From the NCBI RefSeq assembly GCF_964213995.1, contig NC_135820.1, forward strand, positions 46,128,001-46,192,000: DNA of 64,000 nucleotides. Reading direction: 5' to 3'. Both the position numbers and the translations under genes were made by a program. Shown here one piece after another: positions 21,874 to 35,250 of this stretch; the first letter of the stretch is position 1; every line of letters begins with the position of its first letter. This DNA comes from Mustelus asterias (taxonomy: Eukaryota). The notes under the pieces were generated by a model that did not search any database, was not told where the DNA came from, and saw nothing but the letters and a program-made list of their open reading frames with translations.

Positions 21874-23534
21874 CAATAAATAAACTTAAACTTAAATCAT
21901 TTACCTCCTTTCCTATAGTCCAACACTTTCTTTTTGTTGAATGCCCTCAGTCCGCCTGAACCATCCCAGATCTTTTCTTCTCCTGCCGATCGATCTTGCT
22001 ATGTTCTCACAATCGGTGTTGTTCTGCCCCTGCTCCTTATTCCTCCTGTCGCCTCGCTATTCCCTCACTCTTGGTACTGCGCCAGTACTTTTTACCTCCC
22101 CTGCTGGTCTCACTGTGCTCCCGCTTGCAAATAAATATCACAACCTGAAAATAGAGGGAGAGAGAAAATCAATTTCCTAATGTTAAAGGAACATTGATGA
22201 AGCACAGTGCCACCAAAGAAATCAGTTTACTTGGCCTCAGGGCCATAATACAATGATTATCTAAACATTTTGCTGGAGTATTTTGGACTGGAGAGCAGTC
22301 TAAATGGCTAAGCCAAAGTGTAGCTGGCAACAGCAGTATAAAGAGGGCTAGGATGTGAATGGTAAAGGAATGGGCTCAGCAGCAGATCTGATTGTCGTAT
22401 CCACTTGACTTTCAGTTGGAGCAACCTTTTGTTCTGTTTCCTATCTGTAATATTCTTCTCTGGCAATCCCTTCCAAAGGTGAGGTGAAAATTATCCTGCA
22501 ATGTCATGTGGATATTGTTATCTGATAGTGGTCACATGATGGCCAATGTATCGGAAATGGCATTTCCACAAAAAATATTAAGCTAAGATAGACACCGCAC
22601 AAATATTAGCTTGTATATATCATTGATACAGTTCAGCAGGCTAAGCCAAACATATTGTGAAGATAACTTACATTTATTGCTCTCTGCAGAATTTTATCTA
22701 TGTTGAATATTTTTCTCTTTGTCATGATAAACATTGTTCATTCATCTCACACATGTATCTCTTGTCTCTTTTTCTTAATACAAATTTACCTTCTAAATCA
22801 GTTAGCTATCTAAAGTGAGTTCTTCAACACCTGCTGGTGGCTCTGGGAGAAACTGCCAGTGTTTCTTTCACAATAACTTCATTGCAGCATTAATGTAAGC
22901 CTACTTGTGACACCAGTAAATAAACTTAAAACTTAAATTCACCCCATCTGGTAATTTTCACTTGGGTTTCAGTGGGTTGGGGACATGAATGTTCACACAG
23001 AAGGTGTGCCACCTGCAGCAAGTTGTGATGGTGCATTTGCCTTCAATATTCAGTTTGCAATTATATAATGCATCACTATTGTATCACAAGCACAAAGTGG
23101 GCTTGTAGCATTGAACGTCATGTTCACCGCTCTTCTGTTGATGTGTAATCCTTTGACAGGCATTGGTCATTCATGTTCTTTGTGACATTCTGAATGATGA
23201 TATATTATAAAAGTAATCCATTTTCATTGTGTTCACCTTCCACCACCAATGCGGTTTAACCTTGCTCCAAAATGTGACTTCCAAAGCTTGGAAGCTGAGC
23301 CCATTATCGAAAGCTGCCAATTTCTCAACAGCACCAAATGTTGATGTAGATCAGAGGACGAAATATGGCAGAATAATCCAATTGTCTGAATATTTGATGG
23401 TAGAGGTTAGCAGAGCTAAAAAAGCCTAACATGTATAGAGTCTGCAATGTGAAATTGGTTACGATTTCCCTGGCCCGCTGTCCTGTCAAAGAAGGCTGTG
23501 AGGCTGGTTACACTAATTTGCAAATACTAATCGG

Positions 23535-25215
23535 GATCCCGATTTTACCAAACACGGGCGCGAAATTGTGGTAAAATCGGGCATCAGGCCTTTAACACAA
23601 TCTGCACCCGAATCCGAGCAGATCGCGGTTTTACCGACACCCAATTCGGACGCGGGTCCGGTCTGCGCCCGAATCGGGCGGCCCGACGATTTAACTGCAT
23701 TAGCATGCATTTAAATCGACTTAATGAACCGCGCGCCCAACTCTACCGCCAAACCCCACTTTACCGTCTTCTGGTCCGTTCCGGATCCGCGCTCTAGGCG
23801 ACCTGCAGAATAAAAATCCAAAGCGGATTTCTATTCTGCAGGGGAACCTTCGAAGCCCATCCTCCTCGACCATCCCCCGCTAACCACCCTGGCAGACACC
23901 CCTCCCCCCCACCCCCCCCCCTCCGGATCAGACCCCCTGGGAGGCAGGCCCTGCCCGGCAGATCACCCCCCCCCCCCCGCCACCCCCGGGATCAGACCCC
24001 CTGGGAGGCAGGCCCCCCTCGGCAGAGCACACCCCCAACCTACCTCGATCGCTGGTCTCCCTCCACCATCCTTCCGACCTGCAGTCCTTCGAGAGCCTGC
24101 AGCACCTTCTTGGCCTTCCGCTGGCGTCCGCCTGAGGAGGGGGGGTGGGCTCAGATGGATCTCTGGTTGCGGGGGGGGGGAGGATGGCGGGGGGGGGGGA
24201 GGATGGACTTGGGAGAATCTTGCAAACTGAAAATAATGTAGCATCGTCTTTGTGCTGCCTAATTATCTATGGGAAAGGTAATTAAACTACAGTGTCCTAG
24301 TGAGCAATTAGTGACCTGTATAATACATTTGTGATCTGTAACTGGATTGTTGATGTCCCTGTAGCCATGGGCCAGGTGCTCAAATGTTCAGAGTCATGTG
24401 GTGAACTTGGAAGAATTGTCCCCGTGGTGGAACTTGGTTGGAAATAAGATTCAAGGAGATTACTAAATCTGGGAAATCAACCATAGTGAAAAGAAGTTTG
24501 TATTGGCAACTCTTCTCTCACATTCCATGGCAGACGTGCCCCTACTTATGAATGTGATTTGCATGGGCAATGTTGGGTGCAGCTAATCTGCCTCTGGAGC
24601 AGCCTTGGATCCTTTCTTTCATCTTGTTTTCACCTGGACATTGCACAGAATTAGAGGAATTCCCTTTGGAAGATAATGTCAAAATTATAATTGCAGGAAC
24701 TAGAAACCTGACAGTCAAAACTTTGGGAAAATATTTCAAAATATACAAACCCCCATCCATATTTTGCAATATTTTCCCATGGCTACAGGGACATCAACAA
24801 TCCAGTTACAGATCACAAATGTATTATACAGGTCACTAATTGCTCACTAGGACACTGTAGTTTCATTACCTTTCCCATAGATAATTAGGCAGCACAAAGA
24901 AGATGCTACATTATTTTCAGTTTGCAAGATTTTCCCAAGTCCATCGCCCCCCCCCCCCCCCCCCCCCCCCCCCCACCCCTCTCTTTCTGCTGCTTTTCTC
25001 TTTTGCGCCCGGGCACGCTGCTTCAGAATTTTTTTCAAACTGCGTATGCGCAGTTCAGAGCTCCGATCGTTCCGGCAGTGCTAAGCCCCGCCCACTGCAC
25101 AGATCGGACTGGAGCCGGCAAAAAGCGGATGGGCGCGCTGCAAAGAAGATTCCGGGCTCAGATCTGCACTACGCCCGCATCCAACCCTTCGACTCCAAAT
25201 GGTAAAATCGGGCCC
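23535..25215. mobile_element. Harbinger-type element copy 2, carrying a 170-bp inverted repeat and an AT-rich insert
   Basis: Left end GATCCCGATTTTACCA, right end TGGTAAAATCGGGCCC. Subterminal homology to copies 1 and 3. Flanks CGG/TGG. Confidence 0.85.
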
Positions 25216-25765
25216 TGGGACTAGATTGTTTGGGCTTACTAAAGTTTCTGCCACCACCTGTGAAGGTCCACACCAGCGGGGATCTTAAGGCCCCCAGAGG
25301 TCAGGCTCAGGTACAGATGGAGGTGCCCTTTGCGTAATACCAGCCTGGCACCCTGGCACTTCTCACCGGTCACCCTGGTACTGCCCACTGGGCACCCTGG
25401 CACTACCAGTTTGGCACACTGGGAGTGTCCAGTGGACACCAGGCAGTGCCCTGGGGAGGACGGGGTCTCTGGGGCTGGGCCAGACACAGACGAGCCAGAC
25501 CAGAGAGTGGGGACATAGGACGGTGGGGAATGGAGGGAACTCTAAATTGGGGTTTGGGACTGCTGCTTGGGCCAGTACTAAAAGGCCAGCCATTGGGTTG
25601 ACAAGGGGGGTTCGAAGGTCAGCCATGGGGAGGCAGATTTGGGGGTGGGATCGGAGGCTGGCCATGGGGGTCGGTGGGGAATTGGAGGCTGGCCATGGGA
25701 GATTGGGGCATGGGGGAGGCGGCTATCGGGAGGCCAGGGCCGGTGATTGGGATGCCGGCAATGTT

Positions 25766-26109
25766 CATAGAATCATAGAGTAGAAACCCTACAGTGCAGA
25801 AGGAGGCCATTCGGCCCATCGAGTCTGCACCAACCACAATCCCACCCAGGCCCTACCCCCACATGTTTACCCTCTAAGGCCTCTAACCTACGCATCTCAG
25901 GATTCTAAGGGGCAATTTTTAACCTGGCCAATCAACCTAACCCGCACATCTTTGGACTGTGGGCGGAAACCGGAGCACCCGGAGGAAACCCATGTAGACA
26001 CGAGGAGAATGTGCAAACTCCACACAGACAGTGACCCAAGCCGGGATTCGAACCCAGGACCCTGGAGCTGTGAAGCAGCAGTGCTAACCACTGTGCTACC
26101 GTGCCGCCC
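25766..26109 (-). mobile_element. Full-length HE1-like tRNA-SINE
   Basis: Head GGGCGGCACGGTAGCACAGTGGTTAGC, B box GGTTCGAATCC, CR1-like tail. Confidence 0.9.
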
Positions 26110-29100
26110 GTTGGTGAGGAATGCGCTTGTCAACCAATCTCCCAGTATACTGGGTGATCGGCGCATGTGCACTAGCCCCTCTGCAATCCGATGTTGGCCT
26201 CTCTGGTGTGATTAGGCTCCCCTTCCTCCACTCACGGTGTAAATTCCCTGATGGACTCTGTGATGCACAGAGTACCGTAAATTTGTTCCATTAAGCTCGC
26301 CCAAAAAACAGGCGGGAAAAATTTCCATGTTCTCATTCGTTGGGCACTTCATTTTTTGGGGAAAATTGCCCCATTATATGATTAATGTGCCGGGTTGTGA
26401 TAACAACCTGCACAATCAGTAAAGGCTGTAATAAGAATTTTATAGAAACAAGGAATATTTTGAAACCAGTCGAATATGAACCAGAGATTCGTGATATTTT
26501 CGATTGGTTCCTATTTGATGTGGTTAGGTTTGTCAGTAAAGTGTTCAGTATGCGGCTAGACTACAGATTGTAACAGATACTTCATCAGAACATTTTTTTC
26601 ATTTCTATATGAAAGAATTTTTTCCCACATCATTGTAGCAGTGCAAATATTAAATTCCTGTTTGGGATAAATCCATCTGATTATGAGCACACAATAACCG
26701 TCTCCCTTATCCATGAGAAACACATCAGTCCCCCAACCTATGGAAACATTTCTGCGCAAACCTGGTTAGAATTTTATCAGCTGCTATAGTACCTAATGCA
26801 GTAATGCAGTTAGTATTCAAATGGACTCCCCCTCCATGTCCTGATATTATTCTCCAGCATCCTTCAAGAAAGCACATTCCCTGATTTGAAAAAGGGAAAA
26901 GATAGCAGTGATTTGTGCCTGCTTTCTGTGCCCTTTGCTTTCCAAAAATTCCACAGTTTACATCAGAAGCATACCTGGGCCTTTGCATGGAATGGAGGTG
27001 GGAAAGATCATCCCTAATCTTCCTATCCCATTTTTTCTCTACATGGCTGATGGCCCCCTCCCAGGCAATGATACGTCCAAAGAAGCTATTGGTGGAACTC
27101 GAATTGGGGTTCCTTCAAATCAGTCGGGTGGAATTTTATGGCCTGGCTTGGGCGAGAGCAGAAATTCCCACCTGAGGTCAACGGAGATTTCTGTTGCCGG
27201 ATCCTTGTCTGCGCCGATTCTGTGGTGGGCGAGGGGGTAGGGTTCCGGCCAGTGGGTCTAAAATCACCAGTCAGCAAAACAAAAGGAGGAAGTACTATCT
27301 GCTGCCCTACAAGTGTTAGGGTTAGTGACTTCTGCTGATTTCTAATAGAATGCTGCTAACCAATTAAAACCTATTCATCACTTTCTCACCTAAAAGGAGC
27401 AAGCCTGTTCCAGGGATGTAAACAAGCCATGTTAATGACTGGACCCGTACAATTCTCGTGTGTTGAGTGCTGGCCGACCTAATGCATTTCCCATCCACTA
27501 GTTTCTAAAGGAGAGTTGCATTGAACTCCAATCATTGACTTGGTTTCTCTCTTCAGAGATGCTGTTGGACCTGCTGAGTTTTCCCAGCACTTTATGTTTT
27601 TATTTCTCATCCAGTGTACCTGTAGTATCCAGGAAATGTGGAGAGGGAGAAACATAGGGTGGGATTTTCCAGCCACGCTCGCCCTGAAACCGGAAAATCC
27701 CACCCGAGGTCAACAGACCATTCCATGGTCCGCCCTTGCCCGCGACAGTCCCCGTGGCAGGCGGGATGAAAAAAATCGCCCCATAAGGTTACATTTGAAT
27801 TATTTTAGCATTCCTCGAATTGCATTATTTGCCCTCCATTAGAACTCTCTTCAGCTGACAACTTCCTCAAGCTATTAATGGGCAAAGTGATTTAATAAAG
27901 AGAACTCTTACGCAGTATTTTGTGGCTGTCTGCTTTGATATAGTACAGAGGATTGGTTACTTCAGTTTACAGGATCAATGCATCAGCTGTAACTCATTTT
28001 TTCTTTGGCCCAACAAGTTCTAAGGGTACCTCCGGTGCATGGCTGTGAGTCATCTTGTCTTCAAGTAGTTGGGTTGGATCAGCTGATACTAAGGCACTTA
28101 GTATCAGGCACTTAAACACCACAGATTCATGCTGGCAAAGACCTTAGATACTGGGTACCAGATCATGATGTGGGGTGGGATTGCCCCAAGACGAGAAATT
28201 CCTGCTCGAACTCAACGGACCTTTGAACGGTCCGCCGAATTTTCTGTCTCGCTCACTACGATCCCTGCGAGATGGGAGAATTACGGCCGTGAGGAGAGGA
28301 GAGGAAAATCCTTTTCATTAAAAGGAGAAACCAGCTTCATTTGAAAAGAGACTTCGCAAGGGAAACATCGAATTCAAATGGTGAAATAATGGATCATAAA
28401 ATTAGGGGAATGCAATTGAATTGATGGAGAAGAATTTTATAAAGCGATCAGTTACATGGTGATTCATGGCTGTCTGCTTAGATATAATGGTTGATCGGAA
28501 GAGGAAACACTTTATAACTTTGGATATCAACCAGCTCTTTAGCCGAGAAGTGAGGCAAAATTGTTTTGATGCTGCCTCGTTGTGCTCCTAGTCTATTTCA
28601 ATATATAAATTAAGGAAATGTGCTACAAAAGTTATGGGGCTCATCATTGTTCTGCAATTTTCCTTACGATAACAAATGTGGTAACATTTCCAAACATGCT
28701 GTTCCATACATTGTAAACACTAAACAGTATAAATGGAGAAGTTATCTGAGCACTGCGCATTATTATGTGAAGCTCATGATTCAATTCAGCTGTACAAATA
28801 AACTGAAGCAGTATGCTATTTCTTATCAAGGGTTAATTTGCTGTTTCATGCATTAAATAGATAAAGATTAATTGAATTTTGCTTATCAGGTATGCCGGGT
28901 AGGTATTATCGTCCCAGAAAAGCAGACAATTCTACACAATGTGAATTACCTTTCATATTTGTTACAATGTGTGGCATAGCCCTGAATGCTGTTTATTTCC
29001 ATGGCAACATATCGTCTTTAAAGTGCTGTCTGGTAAAACGCTCGCTGCTGTACAATTGTGTAAGTATTAATCCAAAAGGAAAATGTTTTTTTCACAATTG

Positions 29101-29424
29101 CTTTTCCATTACCTTCCGTGTGGTGCGTAGCAGCTTCACATTTTAAGGGATATATATAACGTGGGCTTGAAATCTATAGAAAGATTTTTGGATGAATTTT
29201 GTATCATAGTTCTCATCTAAAAGATTGACATTTTGTATTGTGCATCGATTATTTTATTCCAGATAAACAGTCACCATAAAATCCAGTTTATTGGCAATTC
29301 TGGTGAATAAGTTCTATTTGAGACATTCAGAGGGGGCGGACGGTGGGGGAAAGATTGAAGTGAGTCATGAGGTACCCCTTTCTCAAAGGCCACAGGTTGC
29401 AGAAACCCTCAACATAAAAGAAAA

Positions 29425-29729
29425 TTATTTATTAATTAGTGTCAAAAGTAGGCTTACATTAACACTGCAATGAAGTTACTGTGAAAATCCCCTAGTCGCC
29501 AAACTCCAGTGCTTGTTCAGGTACACTGAGGGAGAATGTGGCATGGCCAATCCACCTAACCAGCATGTCTTTTGGACTGTGGGAGGAAACCAGAGCACCC
29601 AGAGGAAGCCCAGACAGACACAGGGAGTCCGTGCAGACTCCGCACAGACAATGACCCAAGCCGGGAATTGAACCTGTGTCCCTAGCACTGTGAGGCAGCA
29701 TTGTTAACCACTGTGCCACCGTGCAGCCC
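29425..29729 (-). mobile_element. tRNA-SINE, alternative-tail subfamily
   Basis: Same head and body as the HE1-like copies, with a different 3' tail. Confidence 0.85.
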
Positions 29730-30887
29730 TGTTGGAAGTCCTCGAAATAAAAACAGAAAATTCTGGAAATATTCAGCAGATCAGGCAGCATCTGTGGAAA
29801 GAAGCAGTGTTAACAACAGTTCAGGCTGATGACCTTTCACCAGAACTCTCTGGAGTGATGCCATATCAATAATTTTTCAAATAAATGAGGACAAATTTAC
29901 ATTTCTGTTTTGCTTATAGCTAGCAGCACAAAAAAATGAGAAAACATTGACACACTTAATTTATCTTAAATTCAGCTAATGTACATAGATGTGTGCACTG
30001 GTTCTTTCCTTTTTATATCATTCTGGTGAGCTGTTCCAGAACCTTCTCAGGAGTTGGATGCAGCCATGAGGCTGCAAGCCTCTGTGTAGCCTTTACCAGT
30101 AAATAAATGTGAGGTTGTTTTCCCCTTAAATTGTGAAGAAGAATTATTACATTGGTGATGAGGGTAAGAGTGATCCTCGAACTATGAGTATGCAGCTTCT
30201 GTTGCAGTTGAATGAAGTTGAAACAAAGAAGAGTAATTACAAAAATGTCCCTATTTGGATGGATGGATCTTTTTGAAGCCTCCGTGCAGGACTGGACAGA
30301 ATAAATAGAGCATTTGGGCCATTACTTCCAGGCCAGTGGAATAGGAGGGGAAGACAAAGATAATCCACCTGAGTGGGTGTGAGACCCAGGCTTACAATTT
30401 GATTCACAGTCTCACGACACGAAGCATACTTGACTCCAAGCCATTCAGTGAGATTGTTGAATCGGTAGCAGTGAAGCAGGAAAGGAACTCTGCCACAATT
30501 AAAACAAGATTTAGAAGAGGAAATCAATAGGCAAAGATTTAAGCAAAATGTTACCATTGTGGGGCCAACCACTGCCCTGAATCCTGCAGGTATAAAGAGA
30601 CAGACTGTTTTTTTTCATTCACAGGAAATGCCATTTGAGGCATTGGTGCGAAAGCAAATCAAGTCTACACAGTAGCCAGTTAAGTAGAGTGTCACAAGTA
30701 TATACTGTAGAAGAAGCTCGCACCAATGATTTACTCCCTGTTTAATGTGAAAGCGGGCAAGATAGCCCCTATTTCTGTCATGTTCCTAGCAGATGGAAGT
30801 AGACACCAGGGTGTCCGTTATTGTGATAGGACAACATACGTTTCGGTATTTGAAAGGAGTGCAGCCATTTTTGAATTCATGAATTTA

Positions 30888-31107
30888 CAAAGTAAAAGTA
30901 AAGTTGCCATAGCCCCAGATGACCATAGGTTGCTCTTCCCTTTGAGGGGGAGAGCTGACTAATGGTGATTTAACCTGAGGATCAGCACACCTCAGGTGAG
31001 GGGCAAGTTTGAGAATAACCTCAGCTGGTGCGGGAATTTTATCCATGTTGTTGGCATCGCTCTCCTCATGAACCAACTGCTCAGCCAATTGAAATAAATC
31101 AGCCCCC
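30888..31107 (-). mobile_element. Decayed tRNA-derived SINE of another family
   Basis: Minus strand: GGGGCTG..TCAATTGGCT head; ...CCTATGGTCATCTGGGGCTATGGCAAC(TTTAC)n tail. Confidence 0.55.
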
Positions 31108-31129
31108 ATTTTACTGCAGCAAAGTTAAC

Positions 31130-31720
31130 AACATACATAGGAGAAGATTTGCGGGAAGGAGGACTACTCGAACTAATGAATAAATATGAGAGCACCTTCA
31201 GTGATGAGTTAGGCAAGATAAAAAGCCTGCAGATGAAGATCCATGTGAATACAAAGGCGACCCTTCATTTTCTTTTAGGGCAAGGATGCCTACGAGAAAA
31301 GGTGGATGTTGAATGAAAAAGATTGGATGAACTTCAGTTTGCGGAATGGACAGCATGTGTAGTCCCTGTATTGAAGCCAGACAAGACCGTCTGCATTTGT
31401 GGGGACTTCTTGTTAACAGTAAACCATGCTGTCAATGTTTTTCCACCCCCGGAATACATGAAATCATAGGCCAGAGTTTTCTGGCCATTCATGCCAACAG
31501 GATTCTCTGGTCCTGCTGCAGTGAATGGAGATTTGGCTGAGCGCCAAATCCTCCGCCCTGACTTGCCGCGGCAGCAGAGCATGAATGGTCGGAAAATCGT
31601 GCCTGATAATGGAACAACCTTTTTGAGTGCTGAGTTTCAGAACTTCACTGCCCTCAGTGGTATCAAACACATTCGGACTGCGCTTTACCTCCTACCTCGT
31701 GTTAATAGACCATCTTGAAA
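31130..31720 (+). pseudogene. Heavily deleted Gypsy pol relic
   Basis: FSDELGKIK..QFAEWTACVVPVLKPDKTVCICGDFLLTVN (RT N-terminus), then DNGTTFLSAEFQNF..GIKHIRTA (integrase) after a MITE. Confidence 0.75.
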
Positions 31721-32309
31721 AGTTGTGCCGAGTGAGTTCTTTTATTTTGTTTCCTTCCTTTAAAACATAAGAGATACTACCCCCTGACAAACATAACTCT
31801 GCATATGACTGCATACATTTGAAAAACTCATGGATGTTGAATTAGAAAATGACTTTCATTGTGAACTAATGTTATTTGTATATGGTGTCAGAGATTATAA
31901 GAACATGATTGAGGGAAGATTGTTGCTTTGTCAGCATTGTGCACTTCAGAAATTCATAAATCAAATAATGTTTTAAGATGTATTGTCCAGAACTGAGACT
32001 CTAATCGATTGAGTTTGCATTGCATTGCTTTGCAAAAATAAGCTGATAGATACTTACATACTGGAAGGATTCCATGATTTTATAGTACATTAAAGTTAAT
32101 ATTTCAATTTGTGTGTTAAAATGACGACTGAGAAGCAAACTTATTGTTTATCAAAATGCTGAATCAACATTACAGGGTTTGTTAAGTTGGGTATTATTCT
32201 TTTATTGTTGCAAGTCCGTGTTGGTTCAAATGCTGGCAGCCAGCAAAAGGGAAAAGAGCCAGAAATTGTGCATATCCGCAATCTTCAAAGGGCTTCAGCC
32301 GAAAGCCAA

Positions 32310-32622
32310 GGGCAGCATGGTGGCATAGTGGTTAGCACTGCTGCCTCATGGAGCCAGGGACCGGGTTCAATTCCCAGCTTGGGTCGCTGTCTGTGTGGAG
32401 TTGACACGTTCTCCCCGTGACTGCGTGGGTTTCCTCTGGGTGCTCCGGTTTCCTCCCACAGTCCAAAAGATGTGCTGGTTGGGTACATTGGCCGTGCTAA
32501 AATCCTCCCTCAGTGTACCCGAACAGACACCGGAGTGTGGCGACTCAGGGATTTTCACAGTAACTTCATTGCAGTGTTAATGTAAGCCTACTTGTGACAC
32601 TAATAATTAAACAAAACAAAAC
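32310..32622 (+). mobile_element. tRNA-SINE, alternative-tail subfamily
   Basis: GGGCAGCATGGTGGCATAGTGGTTAGC head, GGTTCAATTCC B box, tail as at 12037. Confidence 0.85.
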
Positions 32623-32964
32623 CTTGCAGGTGTGAGATGGTCAATGTGGCTTGGAGGAAAGAATTACTGCTTACCCCTTTCTGTAGATGACAATTATTTG
32701 AAATATATATTTTTAGCCTCTCCAAAGATGTAGGCGAGAAGTGGAGAATGTGGAAAATTCCCTGAAGTTAACAATGAATGAGGATGTCGTAAACTAACTG
32801 TCACCAAGTGGTCACAAAGTTCAGCACCCAAACTCCTTGCCTGGTGCATGGTAAAGCGGAAGAGTTGCTTGACATTTCAGCTTGGCACTCCAGCGCACTT
32901 GAAGATAGGGGAGATGATGCTACAATCGTGCTGTGCCTGGTGCATATCAAGCTAATCCAGGATA

Positions 32965-35250
32965 AAGGGCCTAAAAGAGGGCTTTGTGCCCGGCGCCAAA
33001 TGGTTTGTAATCATCCTTGTTCCATGCTACTTGGGGCAAACCGGATCTGACCCAGAAAGGGCGTGAGACTGATTAGTGTATTTGAAGTAGCATTTAAATA
33101 TGCTTAACCCATTCAACTCCGGAATCTCCCAGCTCTCAGGATCTTCTGACTCACAGGTGTGGCTAGAATCTGGCAAGAATCGCTAAAAGCATGATGGCCA
33201 TGCTAGGGAGGCGGGGTGGGGGTGGGGGGGGAGGCGGGGGGAGGATGGGGAGGGGGGGGCGCTGGGGGGGCGGTGTGGTGGTTGGTGTTTGTGGAGGCCA
33301 TTGAGGCTCCCAGGTGGTCAGGGACATCACTGGGCATTGTTCATCCAGCAGTGTCCACGTGGCACTGGCACTGCCACGAAGGCACGGCTTGTGTACCAGC
33401 GTAGTTCCAAGGGGTGGGGCCTGAGTGAAGGGGGCGCTATGACAAGGGGCTATGAAGTGGGGTGCTATGACGGGGGCTGTGATGGGGGCGCTATGAAGGA
33501 GATCATGAACGGGTGAGGCATGAAGGGTGGACTTGTGAAAGAGTGGGACATGAAGGGGGGTGTATTTCTGGTGCTCTGAAGGAGGAGCCATTGGGGGGGC
33601 TCCAGTGCCCCGATGCCAGCAATCCATGTTGGGGAGGGGGTAGAGAAACATGCTGCCAAAGGCGGGGTGGTTCTGATGTCTGTGGGGGTAGGAAGGGGGT
33701 GTTCCGTTGCACTGTGAGATCGGGGTGCCCTTTCAAAATGGTGCTCGATTGCTTTGCAATTGGGCTATTGGAAGGGACGTGTTTAGGCTTTGCCACTTCC
33801 ATAACCGGCCACTCGCCTCTCTCCCAAAGAATGACTGAGTGTGGGGCAATTGCGTTCCGGTCCGTGCTGGACAGACTGGCGTGGATTGCTCCTGTTTTCA
33901 TGTTTGGGAAAGTTCTGCCAGAATTCCTGTAAGGTGGTAGCAGCCAGGCCCACTCGAGGAGGATTCACGCAGCCTTGGAGCATAAATGGATGAAGTTGAC
34001 AGATTTTAGGGACACCTTTCAATTTAACAACACCCGTTCATAGTCACCAGATAGATAGCCTAAATGTACAAACCAGAAAATGTCCAATTATTATTGTTTT
34101 CATTGGCTTATGAAAAGCATTTACATCGCATGGTGAGGTCGTCTGGGATAACCGGGCACTATCTTTAAATCAGAACCAGACAGAGTGTTCCAAACTTCCG
34201 CCACTCATTATGGAAAAGAAGTTAGAAACACTTCTTCCATAATGAATAGCGGAAGTGTGGAACACTCTCCTACAAAACACAATAGATGCTAGCTCAGTTA
34301 AAATCTATCGATCCCAGATTGAATATTATGAGCGGGATTTCAAGGCCCTGTTTGCCACAGGTGCAAATCCCATTATGGCCACAAATGTTCATGAGTGGGC
34401 CAGAATGAGATTTGCACCAGGGAGATCTGAGAATGAGATCTGGCTCACCTCCTGCCGACTACATCATCAAGTTCACACCTAGCAAGGCAGTGTACCTGAT
34501 CATCATCAATTTAAATATACTTAAATATCCCTAAACAGCTGAACGCTGTTACTTCTGAGGGTGCCAGAAGCTCCTCCCCTGCCACCGCCAGTGTGATGTC
34601 ACAGCAGCAGAACCACTACTGGTCTCCAGCAGTCTAGATGATCATGCCGAGGTAACCCCCCGGTGGGCCGGCCCTGCCTCCTTGCACCCTGGCAGTGCCA
34701 ACCTGGCAGTACCAGGTTGGCACTGCCAAGAGGTGCAGCCTGAGGGCAGGACCCCTAGGGAACCCTATTGGGGGATTCCCATAATTTGGGTTGGGAATTG
34801 GATTGGCGATGGTGGGGGGAGGGGCTGTGCCTGCATAGTCTTATGGCTGGGGTGGAGGCGTAGGCCTGCTTGGCAGGGATGGGGATGGGATGACTCCAAT
34901 GGCTTAATGCCAGTGATGATAGCGAGGGGAGGGTCGAGTCATCCTGATGCCAGTGATGATGGAGGGTGACCTGTTCATTAGCTGTTGGGGAAGTTTGCTT
35001 TCTGTGGTTGAGGGTTGGGGGTGTTCCTCTTGTCAGTAGTTGTGATGTCTGTGGTGAGGGGGCTGGAGGGGAGTCAGTAACTTGAATTTGAGATCAGGGC
35101 ACCCTTTCAAAATGGCGCTCCAACTTCTGTGGAGCTGGTCTTGCCAGCGTCTTTAGGCCCCACCCCCTCAAAAATGACAGCACAAAACATACCTCCCTGC
35201 TTTTTTTAATGAAATGTCAGAAGATCTGGGGAGAAGTATGACAGTACCTG
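32965..35250. mobile_element. Decayed GC-rich non-autonomous DNA transposons (probably Harbinger-derived), at ~32965-33920 and ~34330-35240
   Basis: Share motifs (GGGTGCCCTTTCAAAATGG.GCTC, GGCACTGCCA, G/C runs) with each other and with 25240-26372, 54557-55347 and 60321-61453. No coding capacity seen. Confidence 0.45.

Noticed and set aside
26030-26109. tRNA-like sequences with A/B boxes
   Set aside because: They are SINE heads attached to SINE bodies and tails, not stand-alone tRNA genes.
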